Origin: Candidatus Krumholzibacteriia bacterium
Lineage (GTDB): Bacteria > Krumholzibacteriota > Krumholzibacteriia > LZORAL124-64-63
NCBI GenBank assembly: GCA_046484865.1
Contig: JAWOID010000053.1
Coordinates: 1-64,000 of the forward strand
Length of the DNA stretch: 64,000 nt
Direction: 5' to 3'
A model generated the notes under the pieces. It was not told the origin of the DNA. It did no database searches and saw only the letters and a program-made list of their open reading frames with translations. Below, in pieces: positions 59,101 to 64,000 of the stretch; positions within the stretch are counted from its first letter, which is position 1, and the number at the start of each line of letters is the position of its first letter. The position numbers and the translations under genes were made by a program.

Positions 59101-59960
59101 AGTCCCGAGAAGACCGCGGCGATGATGACGCTGTCGTCGCGGACCGTGACGGTGCCGTCGAAGCCGCCCCTGGCCGTCAGGTCCAGCGACAGTCCGATGA
59201 GGTTCTCGATGTCCGGCACGGTGGTGCTGTCCGCCCGCACCGCCAGGTGCAGGTCCCCCGACGAGAGGAAGCGACCGGACACGCTCGCCTCGCCGCCGTT
59301 GAACAATCCCGTCAGCCCGTCGCTGCGGACTCCCCGCGCGTCGGCCACCAACCGCCCCCGGAGCTGTTCCAGCCGCGTGCGTCGGCTGGGCCACTCCAGA
59401 TCCGCCGTCCGGATGGCCGCGACCACGCTGTCGCCCACGTCCAGCGCTCCGCTCCAGGCGAGATCCGTGATGCGCTCGCGCAGCCGGCCATCGGGACCGG
59501 AGATCTCGATCGATCCCCGCTGGAGCACGAGCTGGTCGATGCGCAGGGGGGGCAGATCGAATCCGGCGACCGGCTTTTCCGCGTCGGAACCGGCCGCGGT
59601 CGCGTCGCCGGCGAGGGCATAGACCTCCGTCCGGCCCAGGGACACGCGGCGCAGGCGGCGCTCGGAGCGCATCAACTCGCGCCAGCGGAACTCCAGCCTC
59701 AGCGTGTCCACCGCGACCAGGGTGACCGCCCCATCGTCCCCCTTCAGGGTGAACGAGACGTCGTAGGCGTCGACGCCGCGAAACGGGCGCAGGTGGAAGT
59801 CGCGCAGCCGGAGTTGTCCCTGGTCGCCCACCAGGTGCCGGCTGAGCATGCGCGACGCCAGCGGCGCGAGCCGTCCCGGGTGGCTCGCGAAATAGCCCAC
59901 GACGCCCAGGATCACCATCCAGGCGATCAGCAGCGTGATCTGGGTCGTTCTGGGCCACAT
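56112..59960 (-). CDS. tamB: Translocation and assembly module TamB-like (AsmA superfamily) protein
   Basis: 1282 aa; N-terminal membrane anchor, long beta-taco-like repeats, C-terminal GVGKYL...YIKY...EYQI...DLKYRIEY. Confidence 0.85.
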   Translation of the reverse strand: MWPRTTQITLLIAWMVILGVVGYFASHPGRLAPLASRMLSRHLVGDQGQLRLRDFHLRPFRGVDAYDVSFTLKGDDGAVTLVAVDTLRLEFRWRELMRSERRLRRVSLGRTEVYALAGDATAAGSDAEKPVAGFDLPPLRIDQLVLQRGSIEISGPDGRLRERITDLAWSGALDVGDSVVAAIRTADLEWPSRRTRLEQLRGRLVADARGVRSDGLTGLFNGGEASVSGRFLSSGDLHLAVRADSTTVPDIENLIGLSLDLTARGGFDGTVTVRDDSVIIAAVFSGLFEGYDMEPLDAVAVIAGDSVRLTRARGRVNGAWFEGGGAFAVPPGGPLSFWLEGDVGDVDLSRGLVPDMDDLPATSGHGRLRITHTDSAGLTRVVGWLRNGHLAPLPFDSAYVDVTAHDGGVEFHRVALRRGGLQGVLTGRADPAEIFTGSLEAVSEDLSDLPAEWGWPSLAGRARLQGRLSGPVDSLRFRGSVRAGDLALTDVAVGSAEASVTVADVLGEPRFSGESQGRGLLLGGVPLGDFRLRGAISAREARVDSFLTVRGDTVVTLAGRAAFSDSLRRFHVERFAVDLEGSRWSLTAPADIELGAGSVAVPGLELASARGELVLQGVYERDAVTAASLQLRNFELGLLNPLLRTGDLLSGSATAELVVAGTPRRPVMDLEATITGAVFELAQVDTLDVSVTYRDGGVDVASLRLVTDRGRASVRGRMANPAAPLARFWPGASLDLDLTVTDGDWRVLEPFRLEALDRLAGSFSTRLHLGGTTDDPLVVGELVSAPFHIHWAHLDSVRAEVLVDRDALVFSRLRGRKGTLPLHGRLELPLVFSLTAEPEMPLEGPFYARLVVPPDSDLGSLAGATNAFLETSGRGELDMVLQGPLSHPLYSGTLAVSDAGFVLRRFGEIYSNVSARGVFTGDELLLSRIEGEEGLRGTLSGEGRLFFSGLELRTFELQLAVERFLVASIPDLRVLVRSPAVRMDGVRVGPDAVLVPRFSGELEVLKARYTGDFAEQGDAAIGATVAPDWLADLRLHGGPRSARVQNRAMELDLSGDVTLVRDMSGVDLRGTLTIDAGRLPVFNNSFKVVRGDLDFSRAVGIVPWVDLDAETRVRLRNKFNSSVIERVTVHVSGPIEEPAISYSSESGYSRAGIERMLLGLSPEPAEDDVERLRNTSIAAGFNLIEREIAQELDIIDTFEIDPITRQTEDGSSGFDPLIGVGKYLGQALYIKYAQGLNQNDRDLLIEYQISDHLLLQSEIRRRLDEFQGEDTYNLDLKYRIEY

Positions 59961-59997
59961 GGCGGGGGCAACTTTCTTCTGGACGCGACCCGGGAGA

Positions 59998-62079
59998 TCA
60001 GAACGGATATCCCAGGGAGAAATGGTACATGACCTCGTCGTCCGTGAAGGTCTGATCGACCGAGGTGTAACGCGCGCGCTTCAACGGGAAGCCCACGTCG
60101 ATCCGGAACGGGCCGAACGGGGTGTCCAGTCGCACTCCCGTGCCCACACTGTACCGGAAGTCCCACAGCTTGGTGGAGCCCGGATCACCGGGATCGCCCG
60201 GATCGGAGGTCAGCCGGAATCCCTTGAGGCGGATGTCTTCCAGGTTCGCCCAGACGTTCCCTCCATCGAAAAACAGCACGCCGGCGAAGTTCCAGCGCTC
60301 GAGCACGGGCAGGGGGAACCGCCACTCCAGGTTCGCCAGCAGCTGGTAGATGCCCCCGCGCGCGGGGGAGTCGGGCAGGGGCACGTCCGACCCGAACTCC
60401 AGTTCCCGCAACTCGTCCTCGTCCTGCACCTGGGGCCCGAGACTGTTCTCCCGGTAGCCGCGCACGGTGGTCCCGCCGCCGGAGAAGAAGCGGTCCTCGT
60501 AAGGCACCCCGTTGGCGCCCCTGGCGGCCGAGCGGCCGTACGGGCCGGCCGCACCCAGCCGCAGTCGTGTGGCCAGGACGCCTCCCAGGAGGGTCGGGCG
60601 GTAAGTGTGCCAGGCGCCCCACCATTTCACGAAGCTGTTGTCGCCGCCGAAGGGACCGCCCGCCAGCTCGACCTGCGTGCTCGCCAGGTACCCCACGGAC
60701 GGCCGGAACGGATCGGCGCGATGATCGTGCAGCAGCGAATAGATGAGCGTGCGGGTCTGCGTGTCGGTGATGTTGGCGCGCTCGAACGCCTCGGCCAGGT
60801 CGGGGCCCGCATCGGGGTGCACCGAGGAGCGCGTCTCCCTCACCTGGAACGCCAGACGGTGGTCCCAGCGCTGGGACAGCCGCCGCTCGGTGCCGAGGGC
60901 CACCGCGTAGCCGTCCAGGATCAGGCCCGACTCGCCGCGCGTCTCCCGCTTGAGATAGCTGGAAAGGTCGATGCTGAAATCGCTGCCGATCAGGTGCGGA
61001 TTGACGTACAGCGCCTCCAGCCGGTAGTTGAGGTCGCCGTCCTTCAGGGTCCGCTCGGCGCCCGCCAGCACCGGCTCGACGTTGAGATAGCCCTTTCCCT
61101 GCAAGCGCAGGCGCCGTCCCGTTCCCCAGAGATTGTTGTGCCCCCAGGCGCCGGTCAGCCGGATGCGCTCGCGGCTGCCGAGCCCCGCGCCCAGCTCGTA
61201 GAACGCAGGCCGGCGCTCCACCACCTGCACCACCAGGTCGGCGGTGCCGGCCGCGCTGTCCACGCGCGCCGGCAGGAGGCTGACGTCCCGGAACAGCAAC
61301 GTGTTCAGCAGACGCCGGCGCGAATCCTCCACGCGGTTCCAGCGGAACGGGTCGCCGGGTTCCACCCGCAACTCGCGGGCGATCAGTTCGACGTCGGTGC
61401 GCTGGTCGCCCTTGATGTCGATGGCGCCGATGGTGTAAGCCCGTCCCGGGCGGATCCGGTACTCCAGCACGGCGCCGTAACTGTCGGGGCCCTCGGGCGT
61501 GATGGTCATGGACGGCTCGATGGCCACGTCGAGGAAGGCCTCCGCCCAGTACATGCTGCGCAGGGCGAAGATCTCGGGGCCGAGGTCGTTCAGGTCGGCG
61601 GGCACCGGGTCACCCACCTCCAGGCGCAGAGCCTCGCCGACCTTCTCCGGCGTCAGCGGGTCGGTGCCCTCGAGCACCACCTCGCGGATCCACGTCCGCG
61701 GCCCCTCCCCGATGGAGATGTGCAGCACGTCGCCGCGTTCGGGCAGGACGGTCACCGAGTCGAGGACCACGTGCACCTGATGGAACCCGCGCCGCCGGTA
61801 GAAGCTCTCGATCAGCTCCAGCTGCCCCTCCACCAGATCGGGGCGATACCGCGGCACCGCGAGGGGATGACGCCAGTCGGGCTCGTCGATGGTCAGGACG
61901 CTCTTGATGTCGCCGGCGGGGAAGGTCCGGTTGCCGGTCAGCTCGATGCGGGCCAGACGCTCCCTCTTCAGCCCGTAGTCCAGTTCCTCGTCGGCCTGGG
62001 CGAGATGCGTACCGGCGAAAGCGGCGAACGCCAGCAGCGCCGCCACCAGCGGCGCGCGGCGAACGCGGGAAATCGGCAC
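59998..62079 (-). CDS. TamA/BamA-family Omp85 protein with POTRA domains
   Basis: POTRA-like motifs (IELTGN, Y.RRGF, I.EGPR, IDIKG), N.WGTG, GGGTTVRGY, TPFGPFRID, terminal YHFSLGYPF; start uncertain (62079 GTG chosen for its signal peptide). Confidence 0.88.
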   Translation of the reverse strand: MPISRVRRAPLVAALLAFAAFAGTHLAQADEELDYGLKRERLARIELTGNRTFPAGDIKSVLTIDEPDWRHPLAVPRYRPDLVEGQLELIESFYRRRGFHQVHVVLDSVTVLPERGDVLHISIGEGPRTWIREVVLEGTDPLTPEKVGEALRLEVGDPVPADLNDLGPEIFALRSMYWAEAFLDVAIEPSMTITPEGPDSYGAVLEYRIRPGRAYTIGAIDIKGDQRTDVELIARELRVEPGDPFRWNRVEDSRRRLLNTLLFRDVSLLPARVDSAAGTADLVVQVVERRPAFYELGAGLGSRERIRLTGAWGHNNLWGTGRRLRLQGKGYLNVEPVLAGAERTLKDGDLNYRLEALYVNPHLIGSDFSIDLSSYLKRETRGESGLILDGYAVALGTERRLSQRWDHRLAFQVRETRSSVHPDAGPDLAEAFERANITDTQTRTLIYSLLHDHRADPFRPSVGYLASTQVELAGGPFGGDNSFVKWWGAWHTYRPTLLGGVLATRLRLGAAGPYGRSAARGANGVPYEDRFFSGGGTTVRGYRENSLGPQVQDEDELRELEFGSDVPLPDSPARGGIYQLLANLEWRFPLPVLERWNFAGVLFFDGGNVWANLEDIRLKGFRLTSDPGDPGDPGSTKLWDFRYSVGTGVRLDTPFGPFRIDVGFPLKRARYTSVDQTFTDDEVMYHFSLGYPF

Positions 62080-62161
62080 TTGCCGGCCGCGCCGCAGGAT
62101 GCTACCAAGCAAGCGAGTGGTACCGGAAAGCAGCGTCACGCCCATCGTCCCCGAGGTTTCC

Positions 62162-62680
62162 ATGTCGCGGCGGGTTCCGTTCCATGCCGGTCCGCGTTCC
62201 CGCCGGGCTCGTCCTTGCGCCCTCGTCCGACCCCTGCCGCCACTCCCCCGTTTCCGCCGCCCGGGCTCCCGCACTCGCCCGGCCGTCCGGTTCGGCGCCC
62301 TCGTGTTCGCGACCGCGCTCACCGCCCTGGCCGGCTGCGAGCCCGGCGAACCCACGCTGGACCTGCAGGACCTCACGCCCGCGGAGCGGCGCTTCGTCAC
62401 GCGCTTCGTCGTGCTCGAGCGCGCCCGCGCCGTGGCGATGGCCGACCCGGACCGGGGAGAGGCCCTGCTCGATTCCCTGGCCGCCGCCTGGGGCGACACC
62501 GCCGCCGCCGTCGCGCGGCAGAGCGTCCCCGCCGACCCTCACCGGGCCGGGGCCCTCTACGACCTGCTGCGCCGGGTGCTGGAGGCGGAGCAGGACTCGC
62601 TGGTCTTCAGTCCCGATCCTGACCGCCTCGACGCTCCCCTGCCCCGTCCCCTGCCGCCCGCCGCCGGCGAGCAGGACTGA
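62162..62680 (+). CDS. Hypothetical lipoprotein
   Basis: Lipobox LAGC after a hydrophobic stretch; helical mature domain; start uncertain. Confidence 0.6.
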   Translation: MSRRVPFHAGPRSRRARPCALVRPLPPLPRFRRPGSRTRPAVRFGALVFATALTALAGCEPGEPTLDLQDLTPAERRFVTRFVVLERARAVAMADPDRGEALLDSLAAAWGDTAAAVARQSVPADPHRAGALYDLLRRVLEAEQDSLVFSPDPDRLDAPLPRPLPPAAGEQD

Positions 62681-62728
62681 AGCCGTCCGGCTGTCGCGAA
62701 CCGCGCGGGACACGGCGCCGAACCGGCG

Positions 62729-64000
62729 CTAGTGTCCCGTCACCTTCCAGAGTTCTAGCACGACCACGAAGGTCATGAACAGCAGCAGGAAGATCAGGCC
62801 CATCTGCGTGGCGATGGCCTGCAGGCGCTCGGGTGCGGGCTTGCCGCGCACCAGCTCGTAGAGCAGGAACATCACGTGCCCGCCGTCCAGCACCGGGATG
62901 GGCAGCAGGTTGAGCAGGAAGAGATTCACCGAGAAGAAGGCGATGAACGCCACCAGGTAGTCGAAGCTCCAGCGGAGCATCTCGCCGGCCATCTGCGCGA
63001 TCCGGATGGGCCCGCCGATGGCCTCCAGCCCCAGCCCGCCCGCCACCAGGTTGTAGAGCCCGCGCACGATGGCGCTGGTGGTCAGCCAGAGGCTGCGGGC
63101 GCCCAGGCCGATCGCCTCGCCCATGCTCACGTCCCGGCGCAGGAAATTGCGCTCGACCGCCAGCCGACCCTGGCCGGTGTCGGGCGGCGTCGTTACCACG
63201 TCCGGAGTGACGAGGCCGGACATCACCCGGCCGTCGCGCTCCCAGGTGACGGTGATCTCCTGGCCCCCGTGCTCCCGCACGATCCCGGCGAGACCCTCGA
63301 ACGAGCGCACCTCCTCGCCCGCCACCGACAGGATGCGGTCGCCGCGCTGCAGGCCGAGCCGGGCGCCCGGACCGCCCCGCTGCACCAGCCCCAGCACCGT
63401 GTCCTCCAGGCGGATGCCCGGATCCCACCGGCCCACCTCCGGTCCGGTGGGCCGCGGCAGGCGAAGCTGCACGTGCTCGCCGTCGCGCCGCACCGTCAGC
63501 GGCACCGGCGCCACGTCCGCCACCGGCTCCGGCTCGGCGCTCAGGAGGCCGACGATCACGTCGGTCCACGAGCCGACCGGCTCGCCGTCCACGCTGACGA
63601 TCTCGTCGCCGGGCAGCAGACCGGCCTCGGCCGCCGAGGAGCCCGGCACCACCTCGCCGACCGGCGCCAGCGGCTGCACGCGCACGCCCTGCGACCAGGC
63701 GACGCCCACGTAGAGCAGGAACGCCAGCAGCAGGTTGAACAGCGGGCCGGCCAGGAACACGAGCAGCCGCTGATAGGGCGACTTGTTCACGAAGTGGCGT
63801 TCCGGCGGGATGTGCCGGTCCTGCGCGGCCGCCTCGCGGTTGCCCTCCTCCGTGCCCAGCGGGTACTTCCGCTCGTCCCAGATGCCCGTGTCCTGGATCT
63901 CCTCCATCATCCCCTCGCCGGCCATCTTCACGTAGCCGCCGAACGGGATCAGCGACAGGGCGTACTCCGTCTCGCCCAGCCGCTTGCGCAGGATCTTGGG
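62729..64000 (-). CDS. rseP: RIP metalloprotease RseP (M50) with two PDZ domains; 5' end beyond the window
   Basis: IPFGGYVKMAG, AGPLFN, two PDZ-like repeats, GPIRI, NLLPIPVLDGGH; the frame stays open to the window edge. Confidence 0.93.
   Translation of the reverse strand, partial: PKILRKRLGETEYALSLIPFGGYVKMAGEGMMEEIQDTGIWDERKYPLGTEEGNREAAAQDRHIPPERHFVNKSPYQRLLVFLAGPLFNLLLAFLLYVGVAWSQGVRVQPLAPVGEVVPGSSAAEAGLLPGDEIVSVDGEPVGSWTDVIVGLLSAEPEPVADVAPVPLTVRRDGEHVQLRLPRPTGPEVGRWDPGIRLEDTVLGLVQRGGPGARLGLQRGDRILSVAGEEVRSFEGLAGIVREHGGQEITVTWERDGRVMSGLVTPDVVTTPPDTGQGRLAVERNFLRRDVSMGEAIGLGARSLWLTTSAIVRGLYNLVAGGLGLEAIGGPIRIAQMAGEMLRWSFDYLVAFIAFFSVNLFLLNLLPIPVLDGGHVMFLLYELVRGKPAPERLQAIATQMGLIFLLLFMTFVVVLELWKVTGH

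Overview
64 kb of a very GC-rich (roughly 70% by eye), gene-dense diderm bacterial chromosome. About 47 CDS can be supported. I see no rRNA, tRNA, CRISPR array, prophage or transposase. C-terminal FlgD-Ig/T9SS-like tails and a TWxxLK-type tail on secreted proteins suggest an FCB-related candidate lineage such as Krumholzibacteriota, Latescibacterota or Eisenbacteria; this is inference. Carbon and energy genes: an ATP-dependent acyl-CoA (propionyl-CoA) carboxylase whose first gene is 5'-truncated at the window edge, a 19-heme cytochrome c/cytochrome b fusion (CbcL-like) with a transglutaminase-TPR partner, a Na+-pumping methylmalonyl-CoA decarboxylase operon (mmdADCB) and methylmalonyl-CoA epimerase. 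Amino-acid and acyl-CoA genes: many peptidases (M29, M17, M1, M6, RseP), a Glu/Asp-type symporter, three acyl-CoA dehydrogenases with thiolase and hbd, and an aspartase fused to a cyclic-nucleotide-binding domain. Also present are xseAB, an ABC-2 exporter and a tamA-tamB-(metallopeptidase/beta-propeller/Omp85)-uvrD operon. The most notable items are the cNMP-aspartase fusion, the internally duplicated 19-heme quinol oxidoreductase, the peptidase-bearing Omp85 next to TAM, two kinds of candidate C-terminal sorting tails, and a 139-bp intergenic element with perfect 30-bp inverted repeats. All family assignments come from motif recognition by eye, not database searches, and start codons are best estimates.
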